DNA of 30,325 nucleotides, taken from positions 1 through 30,325 of IMG/VR virus record IMGVR_UViG_3300027711_000013, one strand, 5' to 3'. Position numbers and translations under genes: made by a program. The stretch is from a virus (Duplodnaviria > Caudoviricetes). The notes under the pieces were generated by a model. The model was not told where the DNA came from, ran no database searches, and saw only the letters and a list, made by a program, of their open reading frames with translations. Below are positions 1 to 9,827 of this stretch, one piece after another; within the stretch, counting starts at the first letter, position 1; each line of letters opens with the position of its first letter.

Positions 1-11
1 GGAGCCGCCAC

Positions 12-614
12 ATGACCGCAAACCACGCCATCGGGGAGGTCGGCATCAGCTATCAGGGCGCTGATGTGATCTTCCGCCCGTCCCTGCTCGCTATCAGCCG
101 ACTCGGCAGTCCCGCCGACATCATCGGATACTTTGTCGAGCTACAGGAGCAACCCCGCACACGCATGCAGGCGCGCCGCCAGTTCCGCGCTGCGCTGCAC
201 GTCCTGAGCTGCTGCGCTGACGATCAAGAGCCGCTGGACGCCCTGCTGGGTGGCTACAGTGAGCGCATGCACTATCAGCCCGGCGTGATGCCGCTGGACG
301 ATATCGTGACCCTTGCCAGGCACCTGATCCTACATGGCGTGGCTGGGGTATCGCCCAAAGGCGACGAGCCCCTGATCAAGGGCGAGCCCATGCGCGAGTT
401 CGACGCGGCCAAGTTTGCCGCCATGGCCATAGCGCATCTGGGTATGTCCGAGGCAGACGCGTGGAACCAGACCATGACCGGCCTGCTGGCGGCGCTGCAA
501 AGCAAGTTCCCGCCGGACAAGTCGGACGCTGCTTCGATAACCGAAAAACAGTACACTGACAGCATGGGCTGGCTGGCGAAGGTGAACGCGATGCGGGACA
601 AAAAACATGGCTGA
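12..614 (+). CDS. Tail-region protein preceding the tape measure gene (DUF6246-like, probable tail assembly chaperone)
   Basis: 200-aa ORF with GGAG upstream; overlaps the tape measure start; N-terminal IGEVG..FRPSL.A...LGSP pattern recalled from DUF6246-like phage proteins; position in the tail operon. Confidence 0.6.
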   Translation: MTANHAIGEVGISYQGADVIFRPSLLAISRLGSPADIIGYFVELQEQPRTRMQARRQFRAALHVLSCCADDQEPLDALLGGYSERMHYQPGVMPLDDIVTLARHLILHGVAGVSPKGDEPLIKGEPMREFDAAKFAAMAIAHLGMSEADAWNQTMTGLLAALQSKFPPDKSDAASITEKQYTDSMGWLAKVNAMRDKKHG

Positions 615-3600
615 ATCTGTAGGTACGATTTATTACGACGTAGACGCGAACCTGGACCCCCTGCTGGGGAAGATGCGGCAGGCTGAGGAGGCGTTGGGTG
701 GTCTCAGCAAAGGAATGGGCAAAGTCGATGGCAGCGCCCGCCAGATGCAGCAGGAATTCGACAAAACCGAGCGCAGCGCCAGCAGGCTGGGCGGCGAACT
801 CAACGGGTTGACGCGGGTAATTCGTGGCGTTGTGGCGGCTATGGCGTTGCGCGAGGCGGCGCAATGGGTGCAGCAGTACCAGACCATGGCTGAGCGGGTA
901 AGGATGGCCACCGAGTCGGTGGACGAGTTCGAGATGGTCCAGAAGCGCCTACAGGACACGGCAGACGGCACGTATCGGGCGTTGTCGGAGGCGCAGGAGC
1001 TCTACATCCGCACAGCGGACAGCCTGCGAGCCATGGGTTATGCGACCGCGCAAGCGCTGGACGTTACCGACTCCATGTCGTACGCGTTCGTTACCAACGC
1101 CACTAGCGCGGATCGGGCAGCGGCTGCAACCTCTGCATTCTCCAAGTCCATGAACACCGGCAAGGTGGCCGCAGACCAGTGGGAAACCATCACCAGCGCC
1201 ATTCCGTCCGTAATCAATGATATCGCTGCCGCCAGCAACCGCACGGCTGCCGAGGTGCGCGCACTGGGCGCCGCAGGCAAACTGACCGCACGGGATCTTA
1301 GCGAAGGCTTGCGCAAGTCGCTGGAGGCGAACAAGGCAGCCGCCGACGGCATGGCCACTGACTTAGTTGACGCCAGTGTCCGGGTGCGCAACGCCATTAC
1401 CGTCACCCTTGTTGCGATGGAAGAGCAGACCGGCGCGCTTCAGTCGGTCACAGACGGCATCATAACGGCGGCAGAGGCACTGCTGGCGTTCGGGCAGGAC
1501 GCCGAGAAGATGGAGGCGTTTCTTGATGCGGTGACAGTCGCGGCAACATCAACGGCGGCTGTGATTGCGGGACGGCTGCTGACCGCGCTGGGTGCCAGCA
1601 CCGCAGCGATGTACCAGAACACCCTTGGCGCACGAGCGAAGGCTGCCGCAGAACTACAGGCAGCACAGGCGGCAGCCGCGCTCGCGGCGCAGAACCTGAT
1701 ACAGGCGCAGACCGCAGAGCGTGCCGCGCGCGGGCTATCTACTCATGCCGCTGCTGCTGCGAGCCTAGCGGTGGCCGAAGATGCCGCAACCGCAGCCACC
1801 ACCCGATTGACCACCGCGCAGGCGGCGATGGCTGGATCGTTCCGGGTATCGACTGCCGCTGCAAACGGCTTGCGCGCTGCAATGTCGTTCCTCGGTGGTC
1901 CGACCGGCGTGATTTTGATCGCCGCTGCGGCATTGGCGACGTGGCACCGGCGCACCCAAGAGGCGCGAAACTCGACACTTGAGCTTAGCAGTTCTGTCCA
2001 GGGGCTGACCGCAGAAATGCGGGAGCTGGAAAAAATCGAGAACGCGAAACGCATTGAGGAAGAGACGCGATCCCTGGAGCGCCAGAACCGGGCATTGCAG
2101 AATAACGCCAGGCTGCGGCCGCATGCGGACCGTGGCGAAGCGGCGACTCGGGCGTTCGAGGAAGAAATGCTGCGCCGTCGCGTGGCGATTCAGAAAACAG
2201 AGGAGCGCATAGCGGCCCTTCAGAAGCGTCAGCAGCAATTAGCCAACGCGAATATCCCCAGACCCCGTAGCTCAACGCCGGGCGGCCCTAGCGGTGCAGG
2301 CGGCGGGGGCGGCGGGAGCGGCTCCACCGAACTATCCGAGTTTCAGAAGCTGGAGCAGTCGCTAAAGAACCAGATCGAGCTGGCCAAGCGCACAGGTCTG
2401 GCCCGCGCCGAGCTGGCTGCGCTGCAACGGCTGGGGGCGGACGCCACCGACGAGGAGCGGGCACGCATCACCGAGCTGGTCGGCGAGCTGCACCAGCTGG
2501 AGGAGGCCACGAAGGCGGCAGAGAAGGCCGAGGCAGAGCGCCTAAAAAGCAGCGAGGAGGCGAGGAGGGCAGCCGAGGATAACGCAGATGTGCTGGCCGG
2601 GCTGCGCGAACAACTGTACCAGACCACGCTCAACGCAGAAGAGCTGGCGATGCGGCAGGCAGAGCTGGCACTCAACAGCTACGCCACGCCAGACCAAGTG
2701 GCCGAGGTGCGCGCCCTCGCCGCCGAACTCTATGCCGCCCAGCAAGCCGCCGCCGAACTAGAGCGACGCCGCAGCGCGTTCGGTACGGACGTGGCTGGGG
2801 CTATCCGTGGACAGGTATCGCCCCTGTCTGGTGGCAGGTTCGACGATCAGCAGGCACGATACGAGGCCGAGGCGCAGGCCGAACAGCAGCGCTATGCTGA
2901 GGCCATGGAACGGTTGCGGGAAGCCAAGGAGCTGGAGCTTGAAGTCAAGGGCGGATACATGGCCCTTGAGCAGCAGATGGCGCAGGAACATGCTGACCGG
3001 ATGGCGCAGATCGAGCAGGCGCGCATCGACATGATGGTCAGCCAGTCCGCTGCCGCGTTCGGCCAGATGGCGTCCGACATTGAGGCGTTCGCTCAGGTGT
3101 TCGGCGCGGAAAACTCCAAGATGATGGCTATCGCCAAGGCTGCTGCTATCGCGCAGACCATCATGCAGACATACGAGGGCGCACAGAAGGCGTTCACGGC
3201 GCTGGCCGGTATTCCAGTAGTCGGCCCAGCCCTTGGCACCGCAGCAGCAGCAGCAGCCGTTGCAGGAGGCATGGCGCGGGTGGCCCAGATACGCGGCGTG
3301 AGCGGCCGCATAGCAGGTGGACCCGTACAGGCAGGCCGTGTCTACCGCGTAAACGAGAACGGCGCGCCAGAGGTCTACAGCGCCGCCAACGGGCAGCAGT
3401 ACATGATCCCGAACAAGCGGGGCGAGGTGATCAGCAACCGCGATGCAACGAACGGAGCAGGCGTTGTAATCAACATCCACAACGCGCCACCCGGCACCAC
3501 GGCAGAGCAATCAACCGGGCAGGATGGCGTGGATGTTATTGATGTCTGGGTTGCCGACTTCATGGCAGACGGGCGCACGGCGAGCGCCGTACAGGGCAAG

Positions 3601-3627
3601 TTCGGCCTGCAACCACACGGGAGGTAA
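607..3627 (+). CDS. Tail tape measure protein
   Basis: 1006 aa, Ala-rich and helical; N-terminal VGTIYYDVDAN; tape-measure N-domain (AQELYIRTADSL...GKVAADQWETI); C-terminal GGPV.AG..Y.VNENGAPEVY motif. Confidence 0.95.
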   Translation: MAESVGTIYYDVDANLDPLLGKMRQAEEALGGLSKGMGKVDGSARQMQQEFDKTERSASRLGGELNGLTRVIRGVVAAMALREAAQWVQQYQTMAERVRMATESVDEFEMVQKRLQDTADGTYRALSEAQELYIRTADSLRAMGYATAQALDVTDSMSYAFVTNATSADRAAAATSAFSKSMNTGKVAADQWETITSAIPSVINDIAAASNRTAAEVRALGAAGKLTARDLSEGLRKSLEANKAAADGMATDLVDASVRVRNAITVTLVAMEEQTGALQSVTDGIITAAEALLAFGQDAEKMEAFLDAVTVAATSTAAVIAGRLLTALGASTAAMYQNTLGARAKAAAELQAAQAAAALAAQNLIQAQTAERAARGLSTHAAAAASLAVAEDAATAATTRLTTAQAAMAGSFRVSTAAANGLRAAMSFLGGPTGVILIAAAALATWHRRTQEARNSTLELSSSVQGLTAEMRELEKIENAKRIEEETRSLERQNRALQNNARLRPHADRGEAATRAFEEEMLRRRVAIQKTEERIAALQKRQQQLANANIPRPRSSTPGGPSGAGGGGGGSGSTELSEFQKLEQSLKNQIELAKRTGLARAELAALQRLGADATDEERARITELVGELHQLEEATKAAEKAEAERLKSSEEARRAAEDNADVLAGLREQLYQTTLNAEELAMRQAELALNSYATPDQVAEVRALAAELYAAQQAAAELERRRSAFGTDVAGAIRGQVSPLSGGRFDDQQARYEAEAQAEQQRYAEAMERLREAKELELEVKGGYMALEQQMAQEHADRMAQIEQARIDMMVSQSAAAFGQMASDIEAFAQVFGAENSKMMAIAKAAAIAQTIMQTYEGAQKAFTALAGIPVVGPALGTAAAAAAVAGGMARVAQIRGVSGRIAGGPVQAGRVYRVNENGAPEVYSAANGQQYMIPNKRGEVISNRDATNGAGVVINIHNAPPGTTAEQSTGQDGVDVIDVWVADFMADGRTASAVQGKFGLQPHGR

Positions 3628-3630
3628 CCG

Positions 3631-4119
3631 ATGTCATTACTTGCGCAGGTGTACGCACAAGGCGGAGACGTGATTCTGCACACGTTAGAGCTGACCTCGA
3701 CAGCTTGGGGTGGCGAGCCCATTGTGCTGGTTCGGGATTATCAGGACCACACCATCACCACAGAGGACGGACGACAGCTGCTGGCCAGAGCGTCAGGCAT
3801 GGCGATAGCCCTGCCAAAGCGGGATGCCACCGGGGCGCAGGATCTGACGTTCGCGCTCGACGGGGTGCGGCCAGAGGCAACCCGACTGGTGCGACAGGCA
3901 CAGGAGGCGCAGGCCGTCGTCCATGTGGTATACCGCTGCTACCTGTACAGCGATCTGTCGGAGCCAGCCGAACCGCCTCTTTTCCTCATATCACGCCGGT
4001 ATAGCGCGCAGGTGGATCATATCGAGGTGACAGCCGGACTGTTCGATCTGATCGACATGCGCTGGCCGAGAATGATGTACGACAGCAACACCGCCCCCTG
4101 TCTGGAGTTTTCGCAATGA
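3631..4119 (+). CDS. DUF1833-like minor tail protein
   Basis: GGAGG RBS; LAQVYA..G.VILHTLEL, IALPKRD..G.QDL.FALD, YR.YL.SDLSEPA and WPR..Y motifs; follows the tape measure gene. Confidence 0.8.
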   Translation: MSLLAQVYAQGGDVILHTLELTSTAWGGEPIVLVRDYQDHTITTEDGRQLLARASGMAIALPKRDATGAQDLTFALDGVRPEATRLVRQAQEAQAVVHVVYRCYLYSDLSEPAEPPLFLISRRYSAQVDHIEVTAGLFDLIDMRWPRMMYDSNTAPCLEFSQ

Positions 4120-4562
4120 TCGAGCGGTATCTGAGCGCTCGATACAAGGACGGCGCACGAGGCGAGATTGTTGACGGGCATGTTCTGTTCGACTGCTGGG
4201 GTCTGGCCCGCGCAGCACGTGCGGACCTGTACGGGCGGCAGCTGCTGGCCAGTCGCGGTGGCGAATACCAGAACGATCCGGAGGGATTCACGGCCCGTTA
4301 CCGCGAGCAGATCGCGGAGATGGTCGAGATACCAGAGCCGGTACCTGGCTGCGTGGTGGCGGTCATCCGCAGGCTGTCAGGGCACTGTACGCACGTCGGG
4401 CTAGTGGTGCATGATATCAATCGGACCGGCTTGGGGCTTCACGTCCTAGAGATAAACCCCGGCCAAAATGCTAGACTGGTCCCACTGTACCGATTCCGCG
4501 AATCCTACCAGCTGCGAGTGCTGAAATTTTATGACGATCCGGGTCTATCCCAGCCAGCTTGA
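4116..4562 (+). CDS. NlpC/P60-family tail assembly protein
   Basis: FDCWGL catalytic-Cys motif and THVGLV His motif; ATGA overlap with the previous gene; lies before the tail tip gene. Confidence 0.85.
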   Translation: MIERYLSARYKDGARGEIVDGHVLFDCWGLARAARADLYGRQLLASRGGEYQNDPEGFTARYREQIAEMVEIPEPVPGCVVAVIRRLSGHCTHVGLVVHDINRTGLGLHVLEINPGQNARLVPLYRFRESYQLRVLKFYDDPGLSQPA

Positions 4563-7500
4563 AGGCGAACCGCTCGAAACGCACGAAACAACCGAGCGCC
4601 TGAGCATTGCCGAGTGGATCAGGTCCGTTGCGCCCGGCTACGCCCCCGAGAAAACCGACAGTCACCCAGCAGCATGGCTCAACGGATCTCTGGTCGAGCC
4701 ATCCGAGTGGGAGCTGACGTTCTTTGGCCCTGATGATAGGCTCGACCTGTACCTAGAGGCTAAGGGTGTCGGGGTGGCAGTGGCCGCAGCCATCGGCTTG
4801 GCGTTGGTCGCAGTGGCGATGGTGATGTCAATCAAAACCGATCAGCCGCGAGCGCAACGGCAGGGCACAACTCTGGAAAGTCCCGGTCTGTTCGCTAACC
4901 AAGTGCGATGGGGCGACCCCATACCCCAGATCGCTGGCTCCCCGCTGGTGCACCCGGACTACATCGCTCCGCCCCGCCGGTACTACGTGAACAAGCGCGA
5001 GCAGTGGGTGGACTCCCTGCTCTGCCTCGGGTGGGGCCACTACCAAAAAGCGCCGAACCTAGTCTTCGTGGGCGACACGCCTGCCACCACATTGGGCGAT
5101 GATCTGGAGCTGCGTTTTTTCGAGCCAGGCGAAACGATCCCAGCGCCCTATAGCGAGTGGTGGCACACCCCCGAGGAGGTCGGCTTTACGACCATGGGCG
5201 GCGCGGGCATGACGCTCGGATTGGCTGGAAGCGCTGGGGTGCAGATACCGTGGTCCAAGCTGGCGGGCTCGGTCATCGTACCGGGACAGGGGGAGCCGCT
5301 GACTAACCTGACATTCGCTGGCAACTCGATTACCGGGTCAGATCCCGTCCCGTCCTCGTGGGAAACCGGCATCCTGGTGCGGGTCGAGGCGGCGCACCCG
5401 GTCACCTTTAACGGCAATGCGATATCGTCAGAGCTGCTGGACTCTCTGGAGCTGGCCACCGGTGACGAGATCGAGCTGATGGGCGAGCGGTCCGGGGAGT
5501 ACACCATCTCCGCCATCCTTCCGCCGGCGGGCGGTGGGCCCGGATCCCCGGCGCGGCTCACTGGCTCCACTCCGCCCGCCCGGTACGACTTCGGAACCAC
5601 CCATGCCACACTGGTTCTGACGTTCGGAGGGCGCGACTACACCGCACTGCTGACAACTGACGTGGCCGGACTGGCCGAGCTGGTGGCCGTGTTGAACAGC
5701 CAGCTGAACGGCTCCCCGATTCAGGCGCGGGCCGAGGGCGCCGCTCTGGAGCTGTATCAGGCAGGGCCGCTGACTGGCGGCAGCATCGCCGCGTCAGGCG
5801 ATGTGGCGGACCTGCTCGGTACACCCACCAGCACCGCTGGCGTGGCCGCGACACCCGCCGTCCCTGCGCGCTACGTCGTGAGCGGAGCGGACTTCGGCAC
5901 CGGCACAGAGGTGACCGCAGCGGGGCGCGTCGGTATGCTCTATGAGGTGCTGTCGATCAGCGGCAACACCATCACCGTCAGCCCGCCCGGCATCGACTTC
6001 TGGTCCGGGTTTCCTGCCAGCGTTTCTGGGGCCACTTCTACGGTCCAGGTGGACCGGGCGTCGCTGCCGGGTGGCTGGGTAGGCCCGTTTACCGCAGTCC
6101 CGCAGGGCAAGCTGGCGGATGCGTTCGAGGTCGATATATTCTTCCCGAACGGCCTTATCTACCACCGGCGCAGTGGTGGATTGCGGCAGATGCGAGCAGA
6201 GGGGCAGATTCAATGGCGAGAGCTGGGCACCTCCGAATGGCAGATAGTCCCATATCAGTTTGTCGATTCCACCCCGGATCAGATCGGCTATACCATCCGG
6301 GTGGACCTGCCGCACCCGATGCGGGTCGAGGTCCGTGTTGGTGCCACTCGTGCCCCTAGTACGAACCCAATGCACATCGACAAGCACCAATGGTCGGGCC
6401 TCCGGTCTCGGATCGTCGGCGCTCCCACATCCTACCCCGGCATGACGCTGCTGCACGTGCGCATGCGCACCGGCGACAAAGTGTCCGGGCAGGTCGAGAA
6501 CAAGATCTCTGTTCGCCCCGTGCGCATACTGCCGACGCTGGACGATCCGGAGGTCATGGAGCCGACCCGCGACATAGCGCCGTTTTTCGTCTACATGATG
6601 GGGTCGGTCGGGTACGGGCGCGAGCTGATCGACATGGATCACATCCGCGCGCTGCACCAAATATGGAGCGACAGAGGCGACACGTTCGACCTGTCCGTCA
6701 ACGCCACCTCGACGCTCAAAACCGTGGCTGGCTACTGTCTACAGGCCGGCTTCGCCGAGCTTACACTCCGCCGTGGCCTGATCAGTGCGGCGCGTGATGC
6801 CTACCGCATGGGCACTCCGCCGCGTGTATACAGCCCGCAGGAGCTGGTGTCGCCGCTGATCGAGACAACCGAGACGGTCATGCCGGACGACATCGACGGT
6901 GTGGACATCGAGTACAAAGACCGCATCACTGGCCGCATGATGACCGAATCGTACCGTTTGATCGGGGATCTTGGTCTGCGCGTCGAGAAGATCACTGCCC
7001 CAGGCGTCACGGGCCGCACACAGGCGTGGCGGCTGGCTGCAAGGCGCCGGCGCAAGGCGGCTTACCGTCGCACCGCCTACAAGGGCACGACCGAGCTGGC
7101 GGCCATGAACAGCTTCTACATGGATTACGTCGGCCTGCAGGATGGCATCCCAGAGTGGGGCCAGTCCGCCTTCGTAATCGACCATGACGGGTTGACGCTC
7201 ACCCTGTCTGAATCCATCCAGCCGGTCGGCGGCGATCCTGTCGTGATGATCCGCAGGTCAGACGGCACGGCAAGCCCGCCGATCCCTGTGACGATCAACG
7301 GGCGCACCGTGACCCTTGCCGCCATGCCGCCTGATGTGTCCGTGACGAATGACCCCAATCACCCGACCGTGGTGTATATTGGTCGCAGGACCCAGGTGGT
7401 GCACGAAGCCCTGATGTTGTCTGTGCGGCCGACAGGCGACAATCGTGTTGAGTTCCAAGCCGTGAACATGGACAATAGGGTGTACCTAGAGGACGATATG

Positions 7501-7914
7501 GGGCCGGATCAGGTGATCCTGACGTCGCGACCGTATCCGCTGGGGTTCATTGACCACGCAACCTCCTCTTCCGTTTCTGCCCGAATCAGACAGAGGCGGT
7601 CCCCCACACCCATCGAGTTGGCCGAGACGTCTGGTGTCGTCTCTGGGATTACCAAGGTTCGCGAGGTCCGTTACCTTGATTACACCAACCCTCCGGAGTT
7701 GGCCGAGACGTCTGGTGTCGTCTCTGGGATTACCAAGGTTCGCGAGGTCCGTTACCTTGATTACACCAACCCTCCGGAGTTGGCCGAGACGTCTGGTGTC
7801 GTCTCTGGGATTACCAAGGTTCGGTCCGCCGGATATATAACATACGTCAATGCGCCTGAATTGGCAGAAACCAGCGCATCAGTTGGTAAGATCACAAAGT
7901 GGAGGCAGACATGA
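4531..7914 (+). CDS. Central tail tip / host specificity protein (TipJ/gpJ-like) with C-terminal 27-aa repeats
   Basis: 1127 aa; N-terminal RVYPSQLEGEPLETH; NQVRWGDPIP..G....PDY; GWVGPF; PDDIDGVDIEY; GVT.R.QAWRL..R motifs typical of this siphophage tip family. Confidence 0.9.
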   Translation: MTIRVYPSQLEGEPLETHETTERLSIAEWIRSVAPGYAPEKTDSHPAAWLNGSLVEPSEWELTFFGPDDRLDLYLEAKGVGVAVAAAIGLALVAVAMVMSIKTDQPRAQRQGTTLESPGLFANQVRWGDPIPQIAGSPLVHPDYIAPPRRYYVNKREQWVDSLLCLGWGHYQKAPNLVFVGDTPATTLGDDLELRFFEPGETIPAPYSEWWHTPEEVGFTTMGGAGMTLGLAGSAGVQIPWSKLAGSVIVPGQGEPLTNLTFAGNSITGSDPVPSSWETGILVRVEAAHPVTFNGNAISSELLDSLELATGDEIELMGERSGEYTISAILPPAGGGPGSPARLTGSTPPARYDFGTTHATLVLTFGGRDYTALLTTDVAGLAELVAVLNSQLNGSPIQARAEGAALELYQAGPLTGGSIAASGDVADLLGTPTSTAGVAATPAVPARYVVSGADFGTGTEVTAAGRVGMLYEVLSISGNTITVSPPGIDFWSGFPASVSGATSTVQVDRASLPGGWVGPFTAVPQGKLADAFEVDIFFPNGLIYHRRSGGLRQMRAEGQIQWRELGTSEWQIVPYQFVDSTPDQIGYTIRVDLPHPMRVEVRVGATRAPSTNPMHIDKHQWSGLRSRIVGAPTSYPGMTLLHVRMRTGDKVSGQVENKISVRPVRILPTLDDPEVMEPTRDIAPFFVYMMGSVGYGRELIDMDHIRALHQIWSDRGDTFDLSVNATSTLKTVAGYCLQAGFAELTLRRGLISAARDAYRMGTPPRVYSPQELVSPLIETTETVMPDDIDGVDIEYKDRITGRMMTESYRLIGDLGLRVEKITAPGVTGRTQAWRLAARRRRKAAYRRTAYKGTTELAAMNSFYMDYVGLQDGIPEWGQSAFVIDHDGLTLTLSESIQPVGGDPVVMIRRSDGTASPPIPVTINGRTVTLAAMPPDVSVTNDPNHPTVVYIGRRTQVVHEALMLSVRPTGDNRVEFQAVNMDNRVYLEDDMGPDQVILTSRPYPLGFIDHATSSSVSARIRQRRSPTPIELAETSGVVSGITKVREVRYLDYTNPPELAETSGVVSGITKVREVRYLDYTNPPELAETSGVVSGITKVRSAGYITYVNAPELAETSASVGKITKWRQT
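7615..7914 (+). repeat. 81-bp (27-codon) tandem repeat: identical copies at 7615 and 7696, a third at 7777 identical to 7823, and a degenerate partial fourth at 7858
   Basis: Unit gagttggccgagacgtctggtgtcgtctctgggattaccaaggttcgcgaggtccgttaccttgattacaccaaccctccg, encoding ELAETSGVVSGITKVREVRYLDYTNPP; read directly. Confidence 0.97.
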
Positions 7915-8786
7915 AGGTTAATTTGCGAACTGAAATGAAAGGGCTTTTCAGCCTAACCGTGCACAACGAGAAGGGCGAGGTGGTATCCCGTACGGGGTGG
8001 TTTGAAAACTTGATTTTGGATCAGGGGATAACAGCACTGCTCTCGACGGGCACCCCATATTGTTTCTATAGGTTCTTGAAAGTGGGCACGGGCACTTCCG
8101 CGCCTTCGCCGTCGGACACGTCTATTGACCAAGTCGCCAGCCTTGAGTCAACTACAGGGAATCGATACTGGATTGGGGGTTACGATGCAGAGGGGGGATA
8201 TCACTGGGCGCGGGGGAGTGTTCAGTTCGGGCAGGGTGTTGCAGCCGGGAACCTGAGCGAGGTGGCGGCGGGTTGGTCCAACTCTGCCAATGACATTTTC
8301 TCCCGCGCACTAATTTTAGATGGCGCGGGAAACCCCACAACCATAACAGTTCTCCCCAATGAATTCCTGACCGTCGAATACGAGCTCAGGAGTTGGCACG
8401 TTGTGCCGGAGCCGCACGAACTGACGTACGACGACGATGGCGTACCCGCCGTGACGACCGTTACATACACACAACCGGCGACGAATGTAAAGGCGCCGAC
8501 CGGGCGTGACTCTTTTCACAGTCCGTTCAACTTCGTGTCCGACTACTCGCCCAGCTTCGCGGGCCTATCGCCCGACGGCAACGCAGTTACGTACACTCTG
8601 TCGTATTCGTTAAATCAGGGAAACCCTCAGATAAGCAGCATCCCTCTGAACGCCAACGCTCCGGACACCACATTGATCCCGTATGGAGGAAACCAACGGA
8701 CGTTCTGCACATTCGACCCGCCCATCCCGAAAACAAACGAGTTTACGGCTGCCATTGACATTGAAATTAGCTTCGGCAGGCGGTGA
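7911..8786 (+). CDS. Virion structural / tail-tip-associated protein
   Basis: GGAGG then ATG at 7911 (ATGA overlap with the tip stop); 291 aa, beta-rich, with WFENLILDQG, VGTG...P, GVAAGNLSEV and FSRALILD motifs seen in tail fibre/baseplate modules. Confidence 0.7.
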   Translation: MKVNLRTEMKGLFSLTVHNEKGEVVSRTGWFENLILDQGITALLSTGTPYCFYRFLKVGTGTSAPSPSDTSIDQVASLESTTGNRYWIGGYDAEGGYHWARGSVQFGQGVAAGNLSEVAAGWSNSANDIFSRALILDGAGNPTTITVLPNEFLTVEYELRSWHVVPEPHELTYDDDGVPAVTTVTYTQPATNVKAPTGRDSFHSPFNFVSDYSPSFAGLSPDGNAVTYTLSYSLNQGNPQISSIPLNANAPDTTLIPYGGNQRTFCTFDPPIPKTNEFTAAIDIEISFGRR

Positions 8787-8789
8787 CTG

Positions 8790-9380
8790 ATGGCCCTCCC
8801 CGACAACGTTCTGTCGTCCGAGCCGCTGCCCGGCTACTTCCTGGGCGCTCGCGCGCAGGTGTTCCCTGACTACATCGACTACATGGATGGAGGCGTGGGC
8901 ATTCAGGACCCGTCGCTGGGCCTGAACTACCAGACGTGGACTGCCGAGATAGTCGAGGACATCATCGAGGACCGGATCGTCCTGTCCGCCCCAACCTACC
9001 CTGCCACCACCGTGTACACCGGCGACGACATAACCGAGGTCTCGCTGGCGTTCGACCAGAACATGAACGTGTGCGTGGCGTTCGTCGAGGCCGGCATGGC
9101 CAAGCTGCTGTGGTACGACACAACAGTGCAGGACATGGTTGTTACGGAGCTGGGCGCGGGGGTGTCACACCCACGGGTGGCGCTGGACGACAGCCGCGAG
9201 TTCAACCGCGCAAACTCGGACGTGATACTGGCCTACATCAAGGAGGGGGCGCTGTACTACCGTCAACAGCGCGACCGATACGGCATTGAGCGACAACTGT
9301 CGAGTGGCCCGTGGATTGCTCTGGTGCGTATCGGCATGGGCAGTACGTTACGCTTTCAATTCCAAGTGGTGGCTCCATGA
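8790..9380 (+). CDS. Tail-associated structural protein
   Basis: 196 aa; DY.DGG..IQDPS.GL..Q.W, SLAFDQNM and LYYRQQRDRY..E motifs; tail operon context. Confidence 0.65.
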   Translation: MALPDNVLSSEPLPGYFLGARAQVFPDYIDYMDGGVGIQDPSLGLNYQTWTAEIVEDIIEDRIVLSAPTYPATTVYTGDDITEVSLAFDQNMNVCVAFVEAGMAKLLWYDTTVQDMVVTELGAGVSHPRVALDDSREFNRANSDVILAYIKEGALYYRQQRDRYGIERQLSSGPWIALVRIGMGSTLRFQFQVVAP

Positions 9381-9823
9381 TTATCGAATGGCCTGACGAA
9401 CTACCCGCCCCGCTGATCGGCACGCAATACAGACCCATCGACCCGCAGATCAGGACGCCAATGCAGTCGGGCCGCGTGTTCGTTCGGCGTAACTTCACAG
9501 CAGTGCCGGTAGCGCTCCCTGTCCGCTGGGCCATGAAGACTGACGCGCAGGCTGCGCTGTTCGAGGACTTCTACCGCGTGACGCTTGAGGACGGCACCCT
9601 GTGGTTTGAAATGCCGCTACTGCTGCCGCAAGGCCGGGGTCCCTGGCTGGTGCAGTTCCAAGGAATCTACACAGGGCCGCGCCTGCTGACGCCGCCGGGC
9701 GGGTCGAGAGTGTGGGAGTACAGCGCAGATCTGCTGCTGTTCTTGAGGCCGGGGGAGCAGATGCCTGTGGATCGAAATGTTTACCGCGTTACCGAATCGG
9801 GCGCGTATCGGATACTGGAGTAA
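9377..9823 (+). CDS. Distal tail (Dit/minor tail)-like protein
   Basis: ATG 9377 overlaps the previous stop; 148 aa; WP..LP.PL...RTPMQSGR...RR.FT.VP and L.DG..WFEMPL..P.G pattern of proteins usually encoded right after the tape measure gene. Confidence 0.7.
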   Translation: MIIEWPDELPAPLIGTQYRPIDPQIRTPMQSGRVFVRRNFTAVPVALPVRWAMKTDAQAALFEDFYRVTLEDGTLWFEMPLLLPQGRGPWLVQFQGIYTGPRLLTPPGGSRVWEYSADLLLFLRPGEQMPVDRNVYRVTESGAYRILE

Positions 9824-9827
9824 AGAC

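Noticed and set aside
2270-2330. Gly/Ser-rich stretch in the tape measure gene (also the gca run near 3241)
   Set aside because: Ordinary low-complexity linkers in tape measure proteins
7615-7857. CRISPR array interpretation of the 81-bp repeats
   Set aside because: Units are contiguous and identical with no unique spacers, are in frame within a CDS, and no cas genes are present
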